Source: an uncultured Nitrospiraceae bacterium (GTDB lineage Bacteria; Hydrogenedentota; Hydrogenedentia; Hydrogenedentales; SLHB01). Taken from it: DNA of 50,468 nucleotides. The stretch lies in assembly GCA_964493915.1 (NCBI GenBank), contig CAZBQH010000415.1, positions 1-50,468 on the forward strand, given 5' to 3'. The notes under the pieces were generated by a model. That model searched no databases and was not told the DNA's origin. It saw nothing but the letters and a program-made list of their open reading frames with translations. The position numbers and the translations under genes were made by a program. This document shows, piece after piece, positions 7,901 to 17,900 of the stretch. The stretch's first letter is position 1, and each line of letters opens with the position of its first letter.

Positions 7901-10646
7901 AGTCGCCGCGTTGTTTCACGAGCTGCGTGCGCAAGTTGAGCCGTCCCTCGATCACATGTACCACGAACCATTCGATACATGGATTCTCGACCAGTGGATC
8001 CCCAACCGCGAAGAAATCCTTTTCCAGCAGTTCAGCGATTTCGGGTTGGCGCCGGCGCTCGATGCGCCCATCTTCGCGCAAACAAGCGAAAGCATCACGA
8101 TCACAAACCCGAACACAGACCTCTCGACCGAGATCCGCTATACACTCAACGGGGCCGATCCGCGCCGCCCGGGCACTGGCACGCCGGTCGGATATGCAGC
8201 GGTCGGCAAAGCGCTTGTGCCATTAAGCGGCTACACGGTGGTAAAAGCGCGTATCTACGGCAAGATAGGCGACCGATGGAGCGCCCTCGAGGAAACCAAG
8301 GCACTCGCTGAGGAAGCGGACTACGCCGCTCTGCGGATTACAGAGTTCATGTATCACCCGGCCGACGGCGGCGCCGAGTTCATCGAGCTCCGCAACATCG
8401 GCGACAACCCGCTTGATGTCTCGGGCGTCTACTTCAGCGACGGCGTCGACTACGCGTTCGACCCTGGAACGATCGTCAATCCGGAGCAGTATGTCTTGCT
8501 AGTCTCGTCGGAAACGGAATTCGCCGCGGCTTATCCGGGCGTGCCATATGACGGAGTTTACGACGGTCAGCTTAGCAACGGCGGCGAGCGGCTCGCTCTG
8601 AACGACCCGTCCGGGATCGAATTCCTTTCGATGACTTACAGCGACGAGCCGCCATGGCCCACTGCCCCCGATGGACAGGGTTTCTCGCTCGTCATCATCG
8701 ACGAAGGCGCCGACCCGGATAATCCTTACAACTGGCGGGCCAGCTCGGAAATGGGCGGCGGACCTGGTCTGGAAGATGAAGACCCGACCATCCCCCAGGT
8801 GCTGGTCAACGAAGCCCTTGCCCATACGGACCTGCCAGAGCGCGACGCCATCGAGATATACAACCCGACGGATCAGACGGCCGACGTCCGCGGCTGGTTC
8901 CTCACCGACAGCCGGACAGACCCAAAGAGAGCCCGCATCCCCTTTGAAGCGCGTTTTGTACTACCGCCCGGCGCCTATGCAGTAATTGACGACGCCCTAT
9001 TCGGCGATAATCCAGGCGAGGTCGACGGCGTGCCGCTCCCAGGATTTGGCCTGAGCGCAAAAGGCGGCGAAGGCGCCTACATCTATTCGGCGAACGAAGC
9101 CGGTCTGCTGACCGGGTACAGCCACGGATTCGAGTTCGGCCCTTCTGAGAGCGGCGTTTCGTTCGGGCGGCATGTGACCAGCGACGCCAAGGTCCACTAC
9201 GTCGCCCAGCGTCAGAACACGTTCGGCGCGCTCAACGCAGGACCCAAGGTAGGGCCGCTGGTCATCAGCGAGATCCATTACCATCCCCCAGGAGACGGCG
9301 TTGAATACCTCGAGTTAACCAATATATCGGACCAGGTTGTCTCGCTATGGGACACGGCGCCTGGCGGCAACCCGGCCAACACCTACGTGATAAGCGGCAT
9401 CGGCTTCGTCTTCGAGCAGGGCGTCGAGGTAGGACCCGGGGAACGCCTGCTCATCGTGAACTGCGAGCCTGCCGACTTCCTTGCGGTCTATGACGTGCCC
9501 GCCGACGTGACCGTTCTCGGCCCCTTTGGAAATGCTTCCCCTGACGGCGAGGCTGCCCTGAGCAACGGGGGCGAACGCATCACGCTCGAATGGCCCGACG
9601 CACCCGAACTCGAGACGGCTATGGTCTTTTACATCATCATGGACGAGGTCGACTACGACGACGAACAGCCTTGGGCCCCCGCAGATGGCAATGGGCTGGT
9701 GTTGCAGCGGGTCCGGCTCGACCAGTTTGGCAATGAGCCACATAACTGGACAAGCGCCATGCCGAGCTATCCGCCTCTCTCAGGCGCCGTAGAACCTATG
9801 GTCCACATTCCGGTTCACTCATCCGAAGACGACGCGGAAGAAAGCCCCGATGGCGGCGTAGACCTGGACGATCTCATCCTCGAGTTGACAGACGGTCCGT
9901 CTGGCGCTCAAACCGTCGGCTTGCGCTTCACAGACGTGGGCGTTCCCCGCCGCGCCGAGATCACCCGGGCCTATCTGCAGTTTTCTGCTGCGGCGGTCGA
10001 CGCAGCCCACTCGAGTATCGTGCTGTGCGCCCAAGCGACCAGTTCACCGCCGGCATTCTCCTCGACCGCGTTTGATATTTCGTCCCGTAGTGTCACCTCC
10101 GAAACAGTCTCATGGGCGCCGCCGGCCTGGTCAATCATCGGAGAACGGGACGCCGCCCAACAGACGCCCGACCTGTCCGCCGTATTGCAAGAAGTTGTCG
10201 CCAAGCCCGGTTGGGACGGCGGAAACGCAATTGTGATGCTGTTGACGGGCAGCGGGGTGCGGCGCGCCTCCTCCTGGGATGGAAGCGCGCAAAACTATGG
10301 AAATGACAGCGCTGCGCCCGTTCTCCACATCGAGTTCGAGGTAGGCAAGTACGCCGTGGGCGACATCAACCAGGACGGTTCCGTCAACGCCCTCGACGTG
10401 CAGTTGGTTATCAATGCAGCGTTAGGCTTTGATATTGGCGACTTCGTGGCAGACGTCAACCTTGACGAGAGTGTAAACGCACTGGATGTCCAGCTTGTGA
10501 TCAACGCTGCTCTAGGCCTCCCAGTCGCGATTAAGACAGAGGCGGGCAACGGGGGCGGTTGGGCGTCCGGCGGCCTTCTTCACAGGGACGGGGACGCCCA
10601 AGGGATCAAGACCGGCGTCGACAAAGTGGAATCTTGGCCATGGTAA
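4953..10646 (+). CDS. Large secreted CotH-family kinase protein with several lamin-tail domains, Fn3-associated repeats and C-terminal dockerin-like repeats
   Basis: Signal peptide. Lamin-tail starts (VLINEL, LRITEFMYHP, VLVNEAL, LVISEIHYHP; DWIELYN, EFIELRN). CotH motifs NGQYKAYLNLCERLD, IDWPWNNW and WDADYTF. Dockerin pair GDINQDGSVNALDVQLVINAALG / ADVNLDESVNALDVQLVINAALG. Confidence 0.85.
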   Translation: MIGSRHGAGFSGLAAGFILAALACGAAHSAVLINELQAATTDRLLQWPENGMPLLGAAPSWTSPDFDDTAWPSGPGPLGYGESGIATSVDTNAYGAVSLYVRKTFFASADEAASDQALTLSIDFDDSFVAYVNGVDVARRAMAAEHGFIYHDQTAYNARESGVPEAFSLGPASSLLREGKNVLAVQVHNIFLGSSDLVVKADLAMAGRAELLVNHTGTWRYMVGTCEPSGGVSDEDCAFCDWIELYNNGSQVNLGGWSLTDDPLDPGKWRFPSVTLPSGQYLVVFASGKDRTSPYLHTSFKLSSEGEYLGLFDNAGGLVDVIAPAFPHQSPFYSYGRASNGSWAYFETVTPGRPNSLGRQFQGILDPPRFTAEGGLYDSPFDLTLSSAPATTIRYTLSERAPLGQDGVRWEFNGDGDPEGWSPWHSTSAFEVSGGALHFSITNTDPFIGAPSFALDASLHHYVVIRMRMSIAGRCQIFFVTQTQTGWDEPKSRFFESGPANEFTDYVLDLSDHELWNGYITGLRVDPPSEASTGDVAIDFIRVIAEPDTSPSEEPSPASPFVEGREPSEHSGAVYTGPIHIEANTIIRARAFREGFIPSPTVTHTYIFGTGLPGDDRPALHSLPILAVVGDKERSLVEPHGFMAIRGGSYTGQYGWWEPQDIDDYNHPIMHGRAFERPVAVEFFDPLGGAGFCTDVGMRLARSDVARPSFRWVDGCWVSSGKWSFRLYFRNDYGESPLDFPLYPEEHSSNRFDVLAIRTFGGDWKNPFINEELTRRLQIEMGAGGSYGIYVNLFINGQYKAYLNLCERLDESYFQHLHNSDNEWDVLKKQVNRDFQPVLEVQGGDLTAWNSLIDYVRSHDLAVYANYLEAAGRVDVPQFIDWILANVYAGMIDWPWNNWIAARERTPEGIWHFYIWDADYTFRMLEQHGHGGVNHRTMDNIEYQGNQVNDLYRALKNSPEFRVLWWDRVHKHFGPGGALSKEKVAALFHELRAQVEPSLDHMYHEPFDTWILDQWIPNREEILFQQFSDFGLAPALDAPIFAQTSESITITNPNTDLSTEIRYTLNGADPRRPGTGTPVGYAAVGKALVPLSGYTVVKARIYGKIGDRWSALEETKALAEEADYAALRITEFMYHPADGGAEFIELRNIGDNPLDVSGVYFSDGVDYAFDPGTIVNPEQYVLLVSSETEFAAAYPGVPYDGVYDGQLSNGGERLALNDPSGIEFLSMTYSDEPPWPTAPDGQGFSLVIIDEGADPDNPYNWRASSEMGGGPGLEDEDPTIPQVLVNEALAHTDLPERDAIEIYNPTDQTADVRGWFLTDSRTDPKRARIPFEARFVLPPGAYAVIDDALFGDNPGEVDGVPLPGFGLSAKGGEGAYIYSANEAGLLTGYSHGFEFGPSESGVSFGRHVTSDAKVHYVAQRQNTFGALNAGPKVGPLVISEIHYHPPGDGVEYLELTNISDQVVSLWDTAPGGNPANTYVISGIGFVFEQGVEVGPGERLLIVNCEPADFLAVYDVPADVTVLGPFGNASPDGEAALSNGGERITLEWPDAPELETAMVFYIIMDEVDYDDEQPWAPADGNGLVLQRVRLDQFGNEPHNWTSAMPSYPPLSGAVEPMVHIPVHSSEDDAEESPDGGVDLDDLILELTDGPSGAQTVGLRFTDVGVPRRAEITRAYLQFSAAAVDAAHSSIVLCAQATSSPPAFSSTAFDISSRSVTSETVSWAPPAWSIIGERDAAQQTPDLSAVLQEVVAKPGWDGGNAIVMLLTGSGVRRASSWDGSAQNYGNDSAAPVLHIEFEVGKYAVGDINQDGSVNALDVQLVINAALGFDIGDFVADVNLDESVNALDVQLVINAALGLPVAIKTEAGNGGGWASGGLLHRDGDAQGIKTGVDKVESWPW

Positions 10647-11440
10647 AGCCGTTTCCACGCACGAGCGCGCACGAGCCCGCGTTTACGCAACGCTTCGAGG
10701 CGAAATACCTGGTAAGCGAACTCTTGGCCGAGGCGGCAAAAGACTATATCGGCCCTTATGTTCGCCCGGACGCGCATGGCGCCGCCTATAGCGTCACGAG
10801 CCTTTACTTCGACAGCCCATCTCTTCACACGTTCTGGAGCAGTGAACGGGGCGAATCAAACCGGTTCAAACTGCGGATCCGCGCATACTCGGACGCCGAG
10901 GACGCACCCGTCTTTTTCGAAATCAAGCGACGCATAAACCGGATTATCCAGAAAGACCGCGCTCTCGTACGCAGACCTTCGGTCGCCTCCCTGCTCGATG
11001 GCGGATTCGCTGATAGGCAGGTCCTTGCCGAGCCCGGCGACACGCAAGACATCGAGAACCTCCACCGTTTTCGCGCCTTGGCTGAATCCCTCGGGGCTGC
11101 ACCGCGTGTGACGGTACGCTATGACCGCGAGGCGTACGTCAGCGACCTGGAGGAGCCGGTCCGCATTACCTTTGATCGACAGGTCCGTTGCCTAGCCTCC
11201 CCGGTCTACCGCCCGGACCTCTGGTCCAATACCGAACGGTGGTTCGAGGTGAATGCCGTTCCGGTCCTCCTCGAGGTGAAGTTTACCAACCGGTTCCCGT
11301 TGTGGGTCTCTCACCTCATCAAACGGCTCAATCTCAGGCGCGGCTCTTTTGCCAAATACGTCGCGTGCGTGAAGGCCGTCCAACGCGCGGGGATTCCAGT
11401 TGGGGGCAACAAGGAGCGTGCCGCACCATGGAACTCCTGA
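10640..11440 (+). CDS. VTC (polyphosphate polymerase) domain protein, triphosphate tunnel metalloenzyme fold
   Basis: Motifs RFEAKY, SLYFDS, RFKLRIRAY, FFEIKRR, YDREAY, RITFD, LLEVKF and FAKY. Start ATG 10640 overlaps the CotH stop. Confidence 0.85.
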   Translation: MVKPFPRTSAHEPAFTQRFEAKYLVSELLAEAAKDYIGPYVRPDAHGAAYSVTSLYFDSPSLHTFWSSERGESNRFKLRIRAYSDAEDAPVFFEIKRRINRIIQKDRALVRRPSVASLLDGGFADRQVLAEPGDTQDIENLHRFRALAESLGAAPRVTVRYDREAYVSDLEEPVRITFDRQVRCLASPVYRPDLWSNTERWFEVNAVPVLLEVKFTNRFPLWVSHLIKRLNLRRGSFAKYVACVKAVQRAGIPVGGNKERAAPWNS

Positions 11441-12120
11441 ACCAACTCTCGTCCAGTGGTCAACTGGGCGCGAGCGGCCTCGCCCTTGAACAGGCCATAC
11501 TGGGCCTGCTGCTTGCCTTTGTGTTAGGCCAACTCGCTGCATGGATCTACATGTACACCCATGCCGGGCTTTCTTATTCACGCGCATTCGTCCAGTCCAT
11601 TATCCTCCTGACCATCATCATCTGCTTAGGCATGATGGTTATCGGCAACAACATCGTCATTGCCTTCGGCCTCATCGGCGCCTTGGCCGTCGTCCGGTTC
11701 CGCAACATCCTGAAGGACACGCGGGACATGGCCTTCGTCTTCTTCGCCCTGGTCGTCGGCATGGCTACAGGCACCGGGAGCCATCACCTGGCCGTGCTGG
11801 GCACGGCGCTGTTTTGCCTTGTCTTGCTCTACCTGCACTGGGCCCAGTTCGGGAGCCTGAGGACCGGCGACGGTTTCGTGCGGTTTCAGATGGATGCATC
11901 CACCGTCGATCCGGAAACCATACAGGCGATACTGCACCGCTACTGCCGGTCGGCAAACCTCGTATCGCAACGGTTCCACGACGAGGGCTACGGCGAGACC
12001 TCCTACCGTCTGATCATGCGCGACCCGGAGCGTGCGGACAACATGGTTGAAGCACTGCGGCAAACGCCTGGGCTATCGAACATAACCTTCGTGCTTCAAG
12101 AAGAACAGGCTGAAGTATGA
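11428..12120 (+). CDS. DUF4956 family membrane protein
   Basis: SD AAGGAG at 11411, ATG 11428. Motif MMVIGNNIVIAFGLIGALAVVRFRNILKDTRDMAFVFFALVVGMATG. Several TM helices plus a small soluble C-terminal domain. Confidence 0.85.
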   Translation: MELLNQLSSSGQLGASGLALEQAILGLLLAFVLGQLAAWIYMYTHAGLSYSRAFVQSIILLTIIICLGMMVIGNNIVIAFGLIGALAVVRFRNILKDTRDMAFVFFALVVGMATGTGSHHLAVLGTALFCLVLLYLHWAQFGSLRTGDGFVRFQMDASTVDPETIQAILHRYCRSANLVSQRFHDEGYGETSYRLIMRDPERADNMVEALRQTPGLSNITFVLQEEQAEV

Positions 12121-13286
12121 TGGGCGCTGGTTGGAAGCAACCACCGGGCAGGTCTTTCTCCCGCAGGCTGCGGTTCTGGCGGCGCCGGTATCTCCCGCTC
12201 GTTGTGTGGTTGGCAGCTATCGCAGCGGCCGGTTTCCTTCTCGAACGGCAGGCTTACCGCGTCGATGCGGTGGGCGTCGTCGAGCTGCGCCAAGTAGCCG
12301 TGGCTCCTCTTGTCAACGGCGCTCTTCAGAGCATCGGCGTAGACCTACTAGACCCGGTTAAGGAGGGACAACTTATCGGTTTGATGGACGACGCAGAGGT
12401 AGCCGGCGAACTGCGGATTGCGGAGTCCGAACTGAGCCGTCTCGAGGCGTCCCTCGCCGCTGAGAACCAGCGCCTGGTCGTCGAGCAGTCGCTCGCTCAA
12501 GCCCAAAACCTAAATGACTTCCGGCAGTTCGTCGTCAATGAGGAACAGGCCCGGCTTGACCTGCTCGACCGTCAAGTTAGCCAGGAAACGGACCGCGTCG
12601 CGCTGCAACGTCTCGAAATCCTTCTCAATCGCCAGAAACAGCTGCTCGAGGAACAGCTTATCGACGTGGCCGCTTATGATGAGGCGCGCCTTCAGTACGC
12701 GAATCTCGAAAAGCAAATCCTGGAAAACGAGGCTGCCATTGCCGTCGCACGCAGAAGTCTTGACGAAGCCATTCAAAGAAGGAGCGAGCGCGAGAAAGAC
12801 GCAGAATCCACCTTTCCTTTGGACCCATTCCTACAGCCCTTCAGGGCGGAGATCCGCGTTCAGGAAGCCCGCATTGCCCAACTCAAGGACCAACGCCTGC
12901 AGCTCGCCCTCAAAGCGCCCGTATCAGGGCACATCAGCGCCGTCCTGTGCCGCACGGGCCAGACAGTCCTCGCAGGCAGCCCCATCGTGATGATCGCCGA
13001 CGACCGGTCTCAACGCGTTGTCGCATATGTCGACGAAAAGGCGGGACGCAGCATCGAGCCCGGCGCCCCCGTCGATCTCCGTTCGCGCCTCGAGCCGCAC
13101 ATCGAGATCAACACCGCCGTATCACGGGTGTCGCTCCATGTCGAGGAAATGCCGGCCCGGCTCTGGCGCACCCCCCTTGTCCCGCAATGGGGGATGCCGG
13201 TGCTCATCAGCGACGTCCCCTCCGGGCTGTTCATACCAGGCGAGGTGGTTCAGCTGCGTCTTACGAGGAGATCCCCCGCACCGTAG
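12117..13286 (+). CDS. HlyD-family membrane fusion (periplasmic adaptor) protein
   Basis: One N-terminal TM. Lipoyl half-motifs VAPLVNGALQSIGV...VKEGQLI and LKAPVSGHISAV...GQTVLAGSPI flank a long coiled coil. ATGA overlap with DUF4956. Confidence 0.8.
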   Translation: MMGAGWKQPPGRSFSRRLRFWRRRYLPLVVWLAAIAAAGFLLERQAYRVDAVGVVELRQVAVAPLVNGALQSIGVDLLDPVKEGQLIGLMDDAEVAGELRIAESELSRLEASLAAENQRLVVEQSLAQAQNLNDFRQFVVNEEQARLDLLDRQVSQETDRVALQRLEILLNRQKQLLEEQLIDVAAYDEARLQYANLEKQILENEAAIAVARRSLDEAIQRRSEREKDAESTFPLDPFLQPFRAEIRVQEARIAQLKDQRLQLALKAPVSGHISAVLCRTGQTVLAGSPIVMIADDRSQRVVAYVDEKAGRSIEPGAPVDLRSRLEPHIEINTAVSRVSLHVEEMPARLWRTPLVPQWGMPVLISDVPSGLFIPGEVVQLRLTRRSPAP

Positions 13287-13309
13287 CTCACGGTTTTGCG
13301 CCCTGCCGA

Positions 13310-14626
13310 TCAGTTCCCGTGCCCATTGTAGTAATGGGCTATCGCCGCCTCAATCGCAGGCATAGGCGCCACCACCGGCCTGACGCCCCGCTTGGTCGCG
13401 TGCTCAACGTCGCCGATGGCAATCAGGTTCAAGGGATCGGCCATCGCAAGAACCAGATGGTTCTGATCCGCGCGCAGTGGAATACAACAGTGTTTATGGG
13501 CTATCCGCCCCGGCAGCAAGGCGGCAGCCTCCGGCTCGACCCCTTGCGCGTCAAGCTGTATGTAGAGCACCCCTTGTTGGCTGGCGACACCCTGCGCTAC
13601 CTGCTCGGCGCTGGCAAAACCTTCCTCAATAAGCACCTGTGCAAGTGACCTCCCGGGATTCCCTTTCTGACGCGTCACCGCTTCATCGAATTGGTCCTGC
13701 GTAATCACGCCAGCATCAAGGAGGATTGTCCCCACATTTCTGGACCGCCCCTCCCATTCGCGTCGCGAACGGCGCAGCACCTCGTTCTCCGTCTTGAGCG
13801 CCTCAAGCTGCGCTTGAGCCTGCTCAACTTGCTGCAAGGCCTCGGCAAACTGCTGGGCAAGCGCCGCCTTCGTGCCGTTTGCCGTCTCCTGTTCAAAACG
13901 CTCCGTCAGAAGCTGCGCGCGCCGGTGCGCTTCTTCGAGACGCCGTCCCGTTTCAGCGGCGTTCTCGGCCACGGGCCTCATCGCCTCGAGCTCTTCGCGC
14001 GCCGCGTTCAACTCGAGCCGCGCCGTGTTCAATTCGGCCAAGCGCTGCGCAAGGTCTTCTTCAAGCTCCTGCGCCTTCTGCTCAAGCCGAATCTGACCCT
14101 CCTCCAGATTCACCGCCTGCGCCTCCACTATCTCCGCTTCGCTCTCGTACTCCTTGACGCGCAACTCGAGTTCGGCAACACGCCGCTTCGCCGCGGCCGC
14201 AGCGTCCTGGAGATCCGCAAAGGCCTTTTCCGCCTGCGCCGCCCGCTGCGCTGCTTCCAAGGCGCGGTCCTCGTGTTCCTGGGCCGATTGCTCGAGCTGC
14301 ACTACCCGCTGCTTGGCCGCCTGAACCGCGTCTGCATTCTCTGCGACCGTCTTCTCGAGCTGGATCCGGCGATCCCGCTCCGTTTCCAGCGCCTCGACCT
14401 GCGCGGCATAGGATTCCCGCATGGCCTCGAGATTGCCCCGCAGACCAGCCAGCAACTGCACTGTCCCGGCCCCGTTCTCCGCTAGAGCCTCGTCAAGCAC
14501 GTCAAGCCCGTTTCGCAAACCCGAGACGTCTTGCTTGAGGCGCTCCGCTGCAGCGGCGGCCTGTTGTTCCCATTCAACAAGTGCGGTGTTGACCGTTACG
14601 CAAAGCGATTCAAAAGACAGTCCCAT
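13310..14626 (-). CDS. Coiled-coil protein with C-terminal MshEN / T2SSE_N (GspE/PilB N-terminal) domain and no ATPase
   Basis: About 290 aa of E/A/Q-rich coiled coil, then VGTILLDAGVITQDQFDEAVTRQ...LAQVLIEEGF...IPLR...LVLAMADPLNLIAIGDVEHAT...VRPVVA. Confidence 0.75.
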   Translation of the reverse strand: MGLSFESLCVTVNTALVEWEQQAAAAAERLKQDVSGLRNGLDVLDEALAENGAGTVQLLAGLRGNLEAMRESYAAQVEALETERDRRIQLEKTVAENADAVQAAKQRVVQLEQSAQEHEDRALEAAQRAAQAEKAFADLQDAAAAAKRRVAELELRVKEYESEAEIVEAQAVNLEEGQIRLEQKAQELEEDLAQRLAELNTARLELNAAREELEAMRPVAENAAETGRRLEEAHRRAQLLTERFEQETANGTKAALAQQFAEALQQVEQAQAQLEALKTENEVLRRSRREWEGRSRNVGTILLDAGVITQDQFDEAVTRQKGNPGRSLAQVLIEEGFASAEQVAQGVASQQGVLYIQLDAQGVEPEAAALLPGRIAHKHCCIPLRADQNHLVLAMADPLNLIAIGDVEHATKRGVRPVVAPMPAIEAAIAHYYNGHGN

Positions 14627-14671
14627 GACCCAAGCTCCACTCCCCCGACAGGATAGAAACAGTCTCTATGA

Positions 14672-14700
14672 ATTGTAGACTGAAACAGGGCATACGTCAA
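14672..14700 (-). promoter_or_regulatory. sigma70 promoter of the MshEN coiled-coil gene
   Basis: Minus strand TTGACG, 17 nt, TACAAT, with an AT-rich UP-element-like tract upstream (14701-14780). Confidence 0.65.
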
Positions 14701-14945
14701 GTAAAATGAATATTTATTTCGGGTATTACGGTGTAAACGCCATTAAAGGAGATATAAATTATGATAAATACTATAATAGCCGGTCTAAGACCACCCCCTC
14801 TCGACGGTACCCGAATCGCTCTCCTCTCGACATCCAGCCCCTTCCCCCATTTCCTTCCCCAGTGGAAGATGCCGCATCTCGTGTACTATGCTGGCGGCAT
14901 AGAATCAAATGAGTCCTCGAAGATCTTCAGAGAATAGGTTGATAA

Positions 14946-17900
14946 GTGAATCCAACTGCAACTGCCATAGGTATCTTTATTCTTTTCTCGACATGCGCGG
15001 AGGATGCAAACGTGGAATGGATGGTTTCAGAGGGTTGGCTCATGGCCGAGCACGCAGGTCTTGCACTGCTTGGCCGAGGCCACGGTTATGCAGTCGACGT
15101 CGTCGTGGACGACGAACCGCTGCTGGAAGATTCCGGAACGGTTGCTGAAGCAAAAACCAAGGGAACCCCGTTCGAGGTTGTCTACAACGCGGAGAAAGGT
15201 CGGCTTGTTGACCGTTTCGAGCCTTTCCCGGCCATGGGCAAGAACGCATGGTTGCGCACGCTGACGTATACAAACACAAGCGGAAACACCCAGGATTTGC
15301 TCCGCGCGACGATGCGTATCGCGCCGGCAATCACGCCGGAGGCCGCCAAGTGGAACCCGCGCTACTTCTGGATGGCGGAAACGGCCCAAGGCGGTTCCCT
15401 ATGCCTCGCTTACCGGGGAAGCACGGATTTCTACCACATCCGCGAGGATGAAAGCGGCAATCCGGCTCATGTTGTCGATTCCTGCTGGCGGCTCAAACCT
15501 GGGCAGCACGCCGTCATCGGGTCGCAGGGCGTATGGCTGGCCCAGAACGGACGCGAAGGATTCCGCACGGAGGCCCAGCGGTGGTACCGCGCCATCGATC
15601 TGCACGTCCCTGAGCAAGAACCGGACTGGCTTAACGACATGGTCCTCTACGAGTTCAACGCAGGCGGCCACATTGACTCGCGCTTCAGCGATGTCGGAGG
15701 GTTTGACCGCCTCGCCCGCCAAGCAGACTATCTCTACGACCTTGGCATCAGCGCCGTCTGGCTGCAGGCCGTCCACAAGCATAAAACGCCGCCTGATCCC
15801 ATGACTGGCGGCTGGAATCTCTACGATCCCCTCGACGTACTCGAGGTGGACGCGATTCTGGGCGGGCCCGAAGCGCTTGAACGGCTTATCGATGCACTTC
15901 ACGGACACGGCATCAAGGTAATGGGCGAGGTGGTCCCCCATGGCGGTCACTCCATTCAGGCTCAAGCGCTGGAATCGTGGTGGACCTACAAGCGCGACGG
16001 AACCCCGCAACGCAATTGGGGCGGCTGCGGCATGGACTACTCCTCGCCGGAATGGCAAGAAGTGATGCGCCAGGCCTGCGTCCTGCTTGCCCAACGCTAT
16101 GGCATGATCGGCGTGCGGGTCGATGTCGCTGACGGGAGCGGCCCCAACTGGAAATCACCGCGAACTAACCATGCCTCGTTCTCGACGCTTGCAGGTTCCG
16201 TCGAAATGCTCGAAGCCATCCGCCAGGGATTGCAGGAAGGTACGCCGGATCCCGTTATCCTGCCAGAGAACTTCAATACAGCCGAGCATTTTGGCGTAAC
16301 GCCGCTCGGCTATGGTCACGGCACGTGGATGATGCTCTCGCGGGAGATCCCCGGGATGAAGCACGACCCCGCGGCCATGGCGTCCCGTATACGCGATTAT
16401 TTTGAGGAAGAGCGAGGCGGTTATCCGGAAGGCGCCCGTATCATCCGCACCTTGAACAACCACGACACGGTGGCCGAGTCGGGCCGCGTGCACCTGCGCT
16501 ACGGCGTCGGTCTCGCCCGTGCATTATACGGGGTTTGCCTGATGACGCCCGGCATCCCCATGATGTACCAAGAGGAGGAAATCGGGTCTTTCGACGCGCT
16601 GAGGACCATGAACTGGGCGCGCCGGCGCATCCCCGAGTTCGCAACCGGCGAGCCCGATTACTTCGCAATCGATTTCGCGCCCGATGTCTTCACGTGCCTG
16701 CGCAGCCACGGCAATGCGCATGCGCTGGGCCTGTCCAACCTCTCCGGCGAGACGGTGTCGGGCGCCGTCTCCCTGCCGGCAGCGTTGAACATCGCGGATG
16801 GAACGCGCGTCTACGACGGCGTCTCGGGCCTACAATGGGCTGTTGAGCACGGCGCCTTCCAAATCGAGCTGGCACCCTATCAGACCGCGCTCTTGCGCAT
16901 AGGTCAACCGCCCGCCGGCAACATGCCTCAACCCGCTTTTCCAGGCGAGGCCCTTGTCGAACCGGCAACACAGGAAGCCCTTGTAGTCAAAGCGGCGGGA
17001 GACGGCATCCATGTGCGCTGCGGCAGGCTTATCGCAACGATAGAAGCCGGACCCGGTCCGTGGCGGGAATCCAAGGAACACAACGGGACAATTCAGCTCG
17101 ATGCTGAATACGGCAGTATCGCCATCACGCCGAACCTGGCATTCACCATCACGCTCGAGCAAACGGGGCCTGGTTTCACACCGGAACTCGCCATCCTCAA
17201 CGCCGATCGCTGGTCGGTGTCAGGACTGACGGCTTTGCTCGAGGACCGCCTGCTCCGGCGTCATTTCCCCTTTCCCCCCGAGGCCAACTACACCTGGAAC
17301 AAAAGCATGACCTGGGGCGCCAGGATCTACACTACGGCGCCAACGGCCAGGCTCTGGCAATCCCTGCTCGAACCCCTTCATCCCGCCAATCCGGCTCTGG
17401 CGTTCGCGGATCGGGACGGCGCAGTCTTGCTGCTAGCAGACGTGTACGCAGAACCCGCTGCAAACATCGTCCTAACGGATCGCACCGACGAAGGGGATCC
17501 CGATCCCTACGGGCTGGTTCTGCGTTTCCACGCGATCGACCCCGACCTGCGCCCTGACATCGCCGCTGTTGGACTCGGGCAACCCTGGATCGTCGAGGAA
17601 ACTGCCCAGATAGGACCGAAGCAACAGCGGGTCCACTTTCGACTCGAAGAGGCCGCGTCCGGCGCATTGCGCGCATTGCTGGCAGCCCCGAGACGCCCCG
17701 TCGAACGGTGCGAGGCGCGCGTGGTGCATAGCGGGGGAATAGTCAAAGGGCTGCACAACAACGCTGAAAACGCGATATGGCTTGTCGAACCCGGCACAGT
17801 GACCTGGTCCCACCTGGCCCGGGTCGAGGGGAAGTACCGGATCCGCCTCGAACTCCGGCACAGCGAGGGGTCAGCTGCCGGGACCGATCTCGAGAACGCC

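Noticed and set aside
5478-8081. 867-aa minus-strand ORF, and similar long shadows such as 39473-40807, 34741-35721 and 46393-47430
   Set aside because: They lie antisense to well-supported genes, show no recognisable motifs, and are expected from GC-rich codon bias.
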